Below are positions 56,671-64,000 of a stretch of 64,000 bases of DNA, in pieces. A program made the translations under genes and the position numbers. This stretch comes from an uncultured Bacteroidales bacterium (lineage in GTDB: Bacteria; Bacteroidota; Bacteroidia; Bacteroidales; UBA10428): contig CAZTSR010000011.1 in NCBI GenBank assembly GCA_964615995.1, positions 11,228 through 75,227 on the forward strand, read 5' to 3'. Every line of letters begins with the position of its first letter. The stretch's first letter is position 1. A model generated the notes under the pieces. It was not told where the DNA came from and searched no databases. It saw only the letters and a list, made by a program, of their open reading frames with translations.

Positions 56671-58047
56671 CTAATACCTGATCCACTTCCAAAGCTCGGC
56701 ATAGCTCACTTTCTTCCCGTACATCAGGATGCCTGTACGGTAAATTTTAGCGGCCAGCCAAATGGTAAAAATAAATGTAGCAACCAGCAGGGTCATGGAT
56801 AAAATCAATTGTCCGGCAGGCACACCGAATGGTATACGGGCCATCATCACAATGGGAGATGTAAGTGGAATAATGGAGAACCATACTGCAAGCTGACCTG
56901 AAGGATTTAAAAACGAATTGATCATGACGAACAATGCCAGAATCAACGGTATGGTAATGGGCACCATAAATTGCTGCGTGTCCGCTTCACTGTCTACCGC
57001 TGCGCCTATGGCTGCGAAAAGTGAACCATAAAGCAGGTATCCGCCCAGGAAGTAAAACAGGAAAGCAACAACTACAAAAATGATATTGCTTTTAGCAAGT
57101 CCGTCAATCAGATTATTCACCATCGATCCGTCCATCTGGCTCTGTGCAACCTGTTCTGTAGCTGCCTGTTGCTCCGCAGACATCAGATTGGCAGGTGCCT
57201 GCTGTTCTGTGGCAATCTTTGCAGGACTGGGAGTAATCAATGTTTTGGTTACAAATGTAATCCCCGCAGTAAGAACCAGCCATATAACAAACTGGGTAAG
57301 TGCAATAAGACCAATCCCTACCACTTTGCCCATCATCAGCTGAAACGGTTTTACCGAAGAAATAATAACCTCCACAATACGGCTTGTCTTCTCCTCCAGA
57401 ATTCCGCGCATTACCTGAGCACCGAACATAAATATAAACATGTATATTAAAAATCCGGATACATAACCAATGCCTCTCTTCAGGTCGGTGGTGTCTTCCT
57501 GCTTGTTGGGCCAGTTTTTCCAGTTAATGCGTGAAAGATTTACATTGGTTTCAAGCGATTCTATAAACTCAGAAGGTATGTCTTTTGCCAGGAGGCGGTT
57601 GTTGAACAAAACTTTCTCGAGTGACTTTGAAATATGGGTTTCCAACCCTATGCCGGGAGGTTCCCTGTAATAAAACTCAACGGTAGCCTGCTGTCCTGCC
57701 GACATCAGCGATTGCTGTAAAAACAATACGCCATCATAACTGCTGGCTTCAAAGGCTTTCAATATTACAGGCAACTCTGCATTATCAAGGTAGGTAAACT
57801 TAATGTTATCCTTATTGGGGATGACATCTCTGAAAAACTGCTCCGAGGCCGGAACAGGTTGGCCATTTCTGTCATATTCCACAACTGCTATTTCCTGCAG
57901 TTTTTTATCATCAAGTGTGGCCATCCATCCTGGCAAAACAATCAATGCGGCAAATAAAACCGGACCTAAGATGGTCATGATAATGAAAGATTTCTTTCTA
58001 ACCCGGGTAAGGTATTCCCGCCAGATGATCAATCCGATCTTATTCAT
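56671..58047 (-). CDS. ABC-2-type transporter permease
   Basis: The track ORF starts at 58101 inside the ATPase gene. The Met at 58047 gives MNKIGLIIWREYLTRVRKKSFIIMTILGP, the typical ABC-2 N-terminus. A large extracytoplasmic loop is followed by 5 TM helices. Confidence 0.75.
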   Translation of the reverse strand: MNKIGLIIWREYLTRVRKKSFIIMTILGPVLFAALIVLPGWMATLDDKKLQEIAVVEYDRNGQPVPASEQFFRDVIPNKDNIKFTYLDNAELPVILKAFEASSYDGVLFLQQSLMSAGQQATVEFYYREPPGIGLETHISKSLEKVLFNNRLLAKDIPSEFIESLETNVNLSRINWKNWPNKQEDTTDLKRGIGYVSGFLIYMFIFMFGAQVMRGILEEKTSRIVEVIISSVKPFQLMMGKVVGIGLIALTQFVIWLVLTAGITFVTKTLITPSPAKIATEQQAPANLMSAEQQAATEQVAQSQMDGSMVNNLIDGLAKSNIIFVVVAFLFYFLGGYLLYGSLFAAIGAAVDSEADTQQFMVPITIPLILALFVMINSFLNPSGQLAVWFSIIPLTSPIVMMARIPFGVPAGQLILSMTLLVATFIFTIWLAAKIYRTGILMYGKKVSYAELWKWIRY

Positions 58048-58048
58048 G

Positions 58049-58981
58049 CTACTTGGTTTTTTGATTGTTTTGGGATTGGACAACATGAATGAAAATTTCA
58101 TTCATACTGGGTATCATTTCATTAAAGGAAGTAATGGTAACAACAGGAAGTATCCGCGACAGCAATTCATTTCCGTTCAGCTGATCTTCAATTTTCACCT
58201 TAATTACATGACCTTCCTTGTTTTCAGATTGATCTACAACCTGGCAATGACCGTCGAGTCCTTTGATCATTTCTTCAGGAGAACCCCGATAACCAATCTC
58301 AAAGGTATTGGTCTTGTTTTTCATTTTGATATCATAAACGCTGCCTTCAAGAATCGATTTCGATTTATTGATCAGCGTAATATAATCGCAGAGTTCTTCA
58401 ACAGAGCCCATATCGTGCGTGGAAAAGATTATGGTAGCTCCGTTTTTCTTCAGCTCGAGGATTTCATTCTTTAGCAAATTGGCATTGATGGGATCAAAGC
58501 CACTAAAGGGCTCATCGAAAATGAGCAGCTTGGGATTGTGTATGATGGTGGTAATGAATTGTACCTTTTGTTGCATCCCCTTTGACAATTCTTCGACTTT
58601 TTTATTCCACCATGCCTGTATTTCAAATTTTACAAACCAGTGTTTCAAAGCTGCCATGGCCTGCGACTTGCTCATACCCTTGAGTTGGGCCAGATACAGG
58701 GCCTGTTCGCCTACTTTCATTTTTTTGTACAGGCCTCTTTCCTCAGGCAGATATCCGATGGTAGCAACATCATCGGGCATGAATTTCCTGCCTTTGTAAA
58801 TCAGCTCACCTTCATCCGGTCCCGTTATCTGGTTAATGATTCGAAGAAGTGTTGTTTTTCCTGCTCCATTTGGTCCAAGAAGTCCGTAAATACTGCCTTC
58901 CGGAACATTAACAGTAACATGGTCAAGCGCAAGATGCTCTGCATATCGCTTAACGATATTGCTTGCCGTAAATAAGTACAT
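58049..58981 (-). CDS. ABC transporter ATP-binding protein
   Basis: 310-aa ORF with Walker A GPNGAGKTT, the signature LSKGMQQK, and Walker B LLIFDEP. Confidence 0.9.
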   Translation of the reverse strand: MYLFTASNIVKRYAEHLALDHVTVNVPEGSIYGLLGPNGAGKTTLLRIINQITGPDEGELIYKGRKFMPDDVATIGYLPEERGLYKKMKVGEQALYLAQLKGMSKSQAMAALKHWFVKFEIQAWWNKKVEELSKGMQQKVQFITTIIHNPKLLIFDEPFSGFDPINANLLKNEILELKKNGATIIFSTHDMGSVEELCDYITLINKSKSILEGSVYDIKMKNKTNTFEIGYRGSPEEMIKGLDGHCQVVDQSENKEGHVIKVKIEDQLNGNELLSRILPVVTITSFNEMIPSMNEIFIHVVQSQNNQKTK

Positions 58982-59018
58982 ATTTGTCAGGGTTTAGAAA
59001 GGGTCAAATTTATATGAT

Positions 59019-60179
59019 TTACTCGAAATAGTTTTTCATGCGGTCAAAAAAGTTGCGGTCGCCGCTGCCGGGATTGGGCTTAAAGTTTTCCGATTCCTCA
59101 AGTTTCTCAAGAACTTTACGTTCTTCGCGACTCAGGTTTTTAGGTATCCAAACATTAATGCTTACCAGCAAATCACCTTTACCGTAATTATTTACCTCTG
59201 GCAATCCCTTTCCACGGAGCCTGAGAATTTTTCCCGGTTGGGTTCCGGCCTCAATCTTGATTTTTACTTTACCATCAAGCGTAGGAATTTCAACCTGAGC
59301 GCCCAGAGAAGCCTGTGTCACTGATACATACAGGTTATACAATAAGTCATTACCATCCCTGATGAGTTCCGCATGTTTATCTTCCTCGATAATCACCAGC
59401 AGATCGCCGTTAATTCCGCCTCTTCGTGCAGCGTTTCCTTTTCCTGAAACAGAAAGTTGCATTCCTTCAGCTACACCGGCCGGGATACGGACAGAGATCA
59501 CTTCCTCGCCCCGCATCACTCCTTCTCCGGAACACTTAGGGCATTTGTTGGTTATGATTTTCCCTTCTCCGTCACAGGAAGGACAAACCTGGGTAGTCTG
59601 CATCTGTCCAAGGAACGTATTGGTTACACGGGTAACCTGGCCCGATCCTCTGCATGTGGTGCATGTTGAATGGGAACTTCCGTCTTTAGCTCCTGTTCCT
59701 GAGCATAAATCACATGCGATATATTTAGATACTTTAAGTTTCTTTTCTACGCCTTTTTCAATTTCTTCCAGGTTCAGCTTAACTTTGACCCTCAGATTGG
59801 AACCACGGGCAACATTTCTGCCTCTGTTTCCGCCACGGCTGTTGAAACCGCCTCCGAAGCCTCCGAATCCAAAATCGCTGAAGATGTCGCCAAAATGAGA
59901 AAAAATGTCATCCATGGACATACCTCCGCCATTGAATCCTCCACCTGCAGCACTTCCCACTCCTGCATGGCCGTATTGATCGTACCGTGCCTTCTTTTGT
60001 GGATCGCTGAGCACCTCATAAGCTTCTGCGGCTTCCTTAAATTTATCCTCCGCCGACTTATCTCCCTGATTCCGGTCGGGATGATATTTTAAAGCCTGTT
60101 TTCTGTAAGCTTTTTTTATCTCATCAGCAGAAGCATTCTTTGACACTTCCAGAATTTCATAAAAATCACGTTTTGCCAT
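59019..60179 (-). CDS. dnaJ: molecular chaperone DnaJ
   Basis: 386-aa ORF with a J domain (DFYEILEV...YHPDRN), a G/F-rich linker, and four CxxCxGxG zinc motifs. Confidence 0.95.
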   Translation of the reverse strand: MAKRDFYEILEVSKNASADEIKKAYRKQALKYHPDRNQGDKSAEDKFKEAAEAYEVLSDPQKKARYDQYGHAGVGSAAGGGFNGGGMSMDDIFSHFGDIFSDFGFGGFGGGFNSRGGNRGRNVARGSNLRVKVKLNLEEIEKGVEKKLKVSKYIACDLCSGTGAKDGSSHSTCTTCRGSGQVTRVTNTFLGQMQTTQVCPSCDGEGKIITNKCPKCSGEGVMRGEEVISVRIPAGVAEGMQLSVSGKGNAARRGGINGDLLVIIEEDKHAELIRDGNDLLYNLYVSVTQASLGAQVEIPTLDGKVKIKIEAGTQPGKILRLRGKGLPEVNNYGKGDLLVSINVWIPKNLSREERKVLEKLEESENFKPNPGSGDRNFFDRMKNYFE

Positions 60180-60215
60180 GTAATTTGACCTTTTTTACCT
60201 TTTGGGCATTTGAAC

Positions 60216-60833
60216 CTATTCTCCAACTACAACTTTAGGATACCGGATCACCTTATCGTGCAACAGATACCCTTTTTCAATCACATCCAATACCTTGCCC
60301 TTCTGGCTCTCTTCGGCTGCAGGAATTTTAGTGACAGCTTCATGAAAATCCGTGTTGAACTCCTGGTTTAATGCTTCAATTTCTTTCACGCCATTGAGCT
60401 GCAGAAAATCTTTAAATCTGCTATAAATCAGCTCCATCCCCGTTTTGATAGCCTCAAAATCCTGAGTGCTATTCATGGCATTCAGCCCTCTTTCAATATC
60501 ATCCACAAAGGGGATTATTTTGATCATCAGATCTTCTGATGCAGTTTTAATCAGTTCAGCTTTCTCTTTAAGCGTTCTCTTTCTGTAATTATCAAACTCA
60601 GCAGATAAGCGCAGGTATTTATCATGAAGTTCCTGCGTCTTTTCTTCAAACGCTTTTAACTCATTCTGTAATTCGTTGGATTTTTCTTCAAAGGCTTTCA
60701 GCTCTTCCTGCAACTGCTCTTTGTCCCGGCTGTCATTCTCCTGCACCGGTTTCTCCTGATGCCTGGTGTCTTCCTTCTTATTCTTAACCATATGGCTATT
60801 TTTACTGGACTCTTTTTTATGTTTTTCTGACAT
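60216..60833 (-). CDS. grpE: nucleotide exchange factor GrpE
   Basis: The track ORF starts at 60890. The Met at 60833 (MSEKHKKE...) is more plausible. It has a coiled-coil N-part, RLSAEFDNYRKRT, and a C-terminal beta-domain (VLDVIEKGYLLHDKVIRYPKVVV). Confidence 0.9.
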   Translation of the reverse strand: MSEKHKKESSKNSHMVKNKKEDTRHQEKPVQENDSRDKEQLQEELKAFEEKSNELQNELKAFEEKTQELHDKYLRLSAEFDNYRKRTLKEKAELIKTASEDLMIKIIPFVDDIERGLNAMNSTQDFEAIKTGMELIYSRFKDFLQLNGVKEIEALNQEFNTDFHEAVTKIPAAEESQKGKVLDVIEKGYLLHDKVIRYPKVVVGE

Positions 60834-60963
60834 GATTAAACAATATGCAATAAAAATAATATCACTGTACCTTAACAAAATGTTTGCCATAGTCGGCCGA
60901 GCGACAAAATGTCAGGATAACGTGTGGTGGCGACTACCGCTAATGGCGGACAGACTCAAGCTT

Positions 60964-63147
60964 TTACTGCAAAGGTTTTGAATTCCGGGCAATCTCAATA
61001 TCATACGCCACTTCTTCTGTAAAATTGGCCCATGAAAATTTGGTTCCCGGACGCTTGTTGCCTCCATTATTAAAACGATCACCCAAATGAAGAAGCGGAA
61101 TTTCATTCATATACCTGCTTGTAATGGCAACAACCTCTTTCCAGTATTTTAGAGCCTCTTCCAGGTGCCTTATGCTTTCTTCTTTCTGAGCAGGATCTCC
61201 TTTTATCCTGTATTTCTGCAAGGCAGTACCCCCTCTCAGTTTAGCAGCAAAGTAAAGCCCCATATACGACCAGGTTCTGATATCATCCATTTCATACTTC
61301 AACGCAGGATCATCTGTTTTCAAATTGTTTACGATTTCAAGAGCTTTGCGTGAATCCTGTTCAAGTCCTGCGGCAAGCATCAGCGGTGTAATTTTGTCTG
61401 CACCCCTGTATTTTCCTGCAATATAATCCTGAATCGATACATAAGAAGTATCCAATGTTACGGACCCGATCAGTTCGTCCACTGAAATCAAAGGGGATAT
61501 GCTATCGTAATAACAGGGATTGTTTGATTTATAACCCGCAAGGAATCCTTCTGAATAAAGCGTGAAATCCCATGTGGCAGCATAATAAGAAGCCAGTTTC
61601 AAAGGCATCTTGTCTGCCAGATTGTGAGCCTTCATAAGCTTGTCACCAAAGTTGATGTGATATTTCTGGTTAAAGGCATTTGCAAATACCTCATCACCTG
61701 TGGTTCCGTCATACATAAGCCGGCCCCAGACTTTATAAAACAGCCATTGCTTTTCAAAAGCATACTTCCATGTCAGATATGGCCCGGGTTTGGTTATGTA
61801 TTCCTTAGCAGGAATGTAGGTTTCAGAACCAATTTTGAATCCTCCCAGGTAATCCTGATTGTTTTCTTTGAGCACTTCGCGTACAAAATCAGACTGGCCC
61901 CAACGGAGAACAAAAAAATCCTCATTCCGCATGGTATAAACCATCTTGTAATTTTTTGGAGCCGGATCCCACAATACCGTAGAAGTAGATCCACCATGAA
62001 TATACATGAGCTTCGGTGCGCTATGCGCATGCGACCAGTTGAACTTGACAGGAACCCATACTTTTCCAAGCCGGTATGCATTATCTTCAATAGCCTTTCG
62101 CGTGAGTTCGGGTGCAGGATGCGTATGTGCCCGCATTACAAATTCAATCTTGCGACTTGCATTGTCCATGGCATCAAAATAGGTGTCTACAATCCAATCC
62201 TGCCATACCTGCTCCTCCACTCCTTCCATTCGTTCGTTCTGGCTTGCACCAAAGCCTGTAAGCTCAGGATATTCATCTATCACCTGCGTGATGCATTCGC
62301 GGTTATATTGTTGAACAATGGGAGAATAATCGCCCTTGCCAAAATATTCCTTCCCTTCCATTTCCGGAAGACAATAATCTGCTACATGATACTTTTCTGC
62401 AAAAGAGGGCGATACAAAAATATTCCAGTTAAAAATAAACGTTTTAATCCCGCGCTCTTTGGCCATACCGAGTAACCCATGCCAGAAATCCTGCCATTCC
62501 TTCAGCTCTTCATCGGTAAAGGGACATGCTTCCGGAAAGTTCTTTGGCCGGATCATATATGGAAAGGGATGGAGATTCCAAAGGGTAAGGACATTGAATC
62601 TGTTTTCAACCATCATATCCAGAAAGTGCTCCCAGAAATCCAGACTGCGAACGGTTTCAGTATGCAATTGAAGACTTTCATGCACACGGTAAGAATTCCA
62701 GGGAAGGTTGAATTTTATGGCACGAAACAGGTATTTGGGATTCACTTTTTTCTCCCGGAGACTTTTCAGATTCTTCCCCATTTCAAACTGTTCGCCCATT
62801 TCCAATATTCCGTACATACATCCGCTGGGATCTTTGGCAGCAATGGCCATTTTTTTCGAAGCAATCCTTACAATCGCAAAACCTTCTTCCGTAATTTCCC
62901 GGTAAGTTTCAGATACATTGAATTCTTTGCTGAGCGTATCGGACAGAATCAATACCAGCTGTGCATCACCTGGCTGATCCACGCGTTCAACAGCAAGATC
63001 TTTTTTAAGGATATTGAGCGCATATTGAATCGGGCTGCTCTCATTTTCATAATATACTTTCAGGCTCTTCTGCTTTCCGGAACATCCTGTCAGAAGAATC
63101 CCCATCAGTAGAATACCGGCAAATGAATGAATCGCTTTTCTGATCAT
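60964..63147 (-). CDS. lipoprotein, putative glycoside hydrolase (GH20b/GH67N-like N-domain plus a TIM-barrel-like core)
   Basis: 727-aa ORF with a lipobox ILLTGC-SG. The N-domain ends in EEGFAIV...IAAKDPSGCMYGILEMGEQ, a pattern seen at the N-termini of GH20/GH67/GH115-type enzymes. The family is not identified. Confidence 0.35.
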   Translation of the reverse strand: MIRKAIHSFAGILLMGILLTGCSGKQKSLKVYYENESSPIQYALNILKKDLAVERVDQPGDAQLVLILSDTLSKEFNVSETYREITEEGFAIVRIASKKMAIAAKDPSGCMYGILEMGEQFEMGKNLKSLREKKVNPKYLFRAIKFNLPWNSYRVHESLQLHTETVRSLDFWEHFLDMMVENRFNVLTLWNLHPFPYMIRPKNFPEACPFTDEELKEWQDFWHGLLGMAKERGIKTFIFNWNIFVSPSFAEKYHVADYCLPEMEGKEYFGKGDYSPIVQQYNRECITQVIDEYPELTGFGASQNERMEGVEEQVWQDWIVDTYFDAMDNASRKIEFVMRAHTHPAPELTRKAIEDNAYRLGKVWVPVKFNWSHAHSAPKLMYIHGGSTSTVLWDPAPKNYKMVYTMRNEDFFVLRWGQSDFVREVLKENNQDYLGGFKIGSETYIPAKEYITKPGPYLTWKYAFEKQWLFYKVWGRLMYDGTTGDEVFANAFNQKYHINFGDKLMKAHNLADKMPLKLASYYAATWDFTLYSEGFLAGYKSNNPCYYDSISPLISVDELIGSVTLDTSYVSIQDYIAGKYRGADKITPLMLAAGLEQDSRKALEIVNNLKTDDPALKYEMDDIRTWSYMGLYFAAKLRGGTALQKYRIKGDPAQKEESIRHLEEALKYWKEVVAITSRYMNEIPLLHLGDRFNNGGNKRPGTKFSWANFTEEVAYDIEIARNSKPLQ

Positions 63148-63246
63148 GGCTTTTAAATGAATGAAGAAACATAAAGATAATAAAAGACATCAATCCCGCA
63201 GGAATCAAACAACATAAATGACCGGTCAAACAGAAACTGATTTCAT

Positions 63247-63254
63247 TATCTTTG
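63247..63254 (+). promoter_or_regulatory. candidate TAnnTTTG -7 element
   Basis: TATCTTTG lies 16 nt upstream of the ATG at 63270, which implies a very short leader. Confidence 0.3.
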
Positions 63255-63269
63255 ACAAAAAATCACACC

Positions 63270-64000
63270 ATGTCTGTTTTCGTAGATGTTTTTGATTCAC
63301 TCAGTGAGCACATAAAAAAGAATTTCCTTCAGCATATTGAAGCTGAAAAGAAAAACCAGGACCGCCCGGTTCGGAAGGTCTGTGAACTGTGCATGAAATA
63401 CCTGGATTACGGAGAATTGTTCTATTCGAAAATGGAGGAAGGCATTGAAGAAATAGACCGGATCAAGACCGGTAAAGAGCCGTTCCATATGCTGCTGCTG
63501 GCCATATTGCATGATCCGCTGGATGAAAACGAAATCGTCATTCAAAATCTGGAACAATTCAAAAAGGCTTCGCCACATATTCCCTTTTACCAGGAGTTGG
63601 ATGATTTCATCACCATTGCCCGGTTTATGAGCCTGAATGAAACATCATTGATGGAACATGCCTGTGAAATCATTGTTGAACGTTACGTCAATGAGCAGAA
63701 TGTTGCTGAAGTGATTTCAAATTTATACCTCAAGGAAGAAAATGAAGATCACATCCCGATGTTTTTAAAAGTCCTGACCCAGGCAAAGCAGCGTTTTCCC
63801 GAAAGCAATTCTGTGGACAGTCTGAGTGCTTTTTTAAATATTAAGAGAAAAAATTATATGGAAGCCCTGGCTTCTTTTTTAACGATAAAAAACCGCCTGG
63901 AAAAAAATCCTGCCAATCCCTATTTCAATCATAACATGGCCACCACGTGGGACCAGATTGCCGGATGTTACATGAAAATGGAAGATGCTGAAAAAACTTT
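63270..64000 (+). CDS. hypothetical helical protein (TPR-like towards the end); its 3' end runs off the window
   Basis: Absent from the ORF track because no stop lies in the window. My translation from the ATG at 63270 stays open to the window end: MSVFVDVFDSLSEHIKKNFLQHIEAEKKNQDRPVRKVCELCMKYLDYGELFYSKMEEG...YMEALASFLTIKNRLEKNPANPYFNHNMATTWDQIAGCYMKMEDAEKT. The 93-aa minus-strand track ORF at 63297-63578 is its antisense shadow. Confidence 0.55.
   Translation, partial: MSVFVDVFDSLSEHIKKNFLQHIEAEKKNQDRPVRKVCELCMKYLDYGELFYSKMEEGIEEIDRIKTGKEPFHMLLLAILHDPLDENEIVIQNLEQFKKASPHIPFYQELDDFITIARFMSLNETSLMEHACEIIVERYVNEQNVAEVISNLYLKEENEDHIPMFLKVLTQAKQRFPESNSVDSLSAFLNIKRKNYMEALASFLTIKNRLEKNPANPYFNHNMATTWDQIAGCYMKMEDAEKT

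Noticed and set aside
57803-59898. Plus-strand ORFs 57803-58474 (223 aa), 58419-58799, 58640-58975 and 59362-59898 (178 aa)
   Set aside because: They are antisense to the ABC ATPase, the permease and dnaJ. The dnaJ shadow is Pro/Ser-rich because it mirrors the Gly/Cys-rich coding strand.
61624-63111. Plus-strand ORFs of 283 and 210 aa
   Set aside because: They are antisense to the 727-aa lipoprotein gene, which has a proper lipobox and domain-like patterns. The plus-strand products are Phe/Ile/Cys-rich with no features.
1-64000. Search for tRNA, rRNA, CRISPR arrays, IS elements or integrases, parS and CIRCE
   Set aside because: No intergenic region is long enough or shows tRNA-like conserved arms. 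There are no spaced direct-repeat arrays and no transposase or integrase-like ORFs. I saw no TGTTTCACGTGAAACA-like or TTAGCACTC-N9-GAGTGCTAA-like sites. This was a scan by eye only, so short or degenerate elements could have been missed.

Overview
All family calls below come from reading motifs by eye; no BLAST or HMM search was possible. The window looks like a chromosomal segment of a Bacteroidota genome. The evidence for that is two type-A T9SS C-terminal sorting domains, TAnnTTTG -7-type promoter motifs, DUF4492-cydAB, parA-parB-DUF5683-LysM transglycosylase synteny, and Gln after most predicted signal-peptidase sites. About 45 genes are packed tightly, with no rRNA, tRNA, CRISPR array, integrase or transposase that I could find. 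Housekeeping content, left to right: aroC (partial), aroA, parC, parE, lysS, aroK, then an O2-handling block (flavodiiron protein, DUF4492, cydAB), pssA, glutaminyl cyclase, parAB, an ABC transporter, dnaJ and grpE. Four accessory blocks stand out. (1) 10099-20061 is the most interesting. It is a tightly coupled five-gene operon encoding a ~12-TM/HEAT/cNMP-binding-like protein, a soluble protein with three tandem TIR/DUF4062-like modules, a STAND-type P-loop NTPase joined through one TM helix and a coiled coil to seven WD40 repeats (predicted periplasmic), an outer-membrane beta-barrel, and a seven-blade lipoprotein. It uses the parts list of NLR-like/TIR conflict systems in a trans-envelope arrangement that I cannot match to a named system. 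(2) 20286-27808 holds a 1.75-kaa cadherin/Ig-repeat T9SS adhesin followed by a paralog of only its C-terminal half. (3) 39389-46299 is an MBOAT plus two SGNH hydrolase O-acetylation cluster next to a lytic transglycosylase, interrupted by a TonB-dependent-receptor-like barrel. (4) 46445-55623 has four polytopic GT-C-like membrane proteins around one GtrB/ArnC-like GT2, and one of them is translationally coupled to a sigma-54 activator that lacks a DNA-binding domain.
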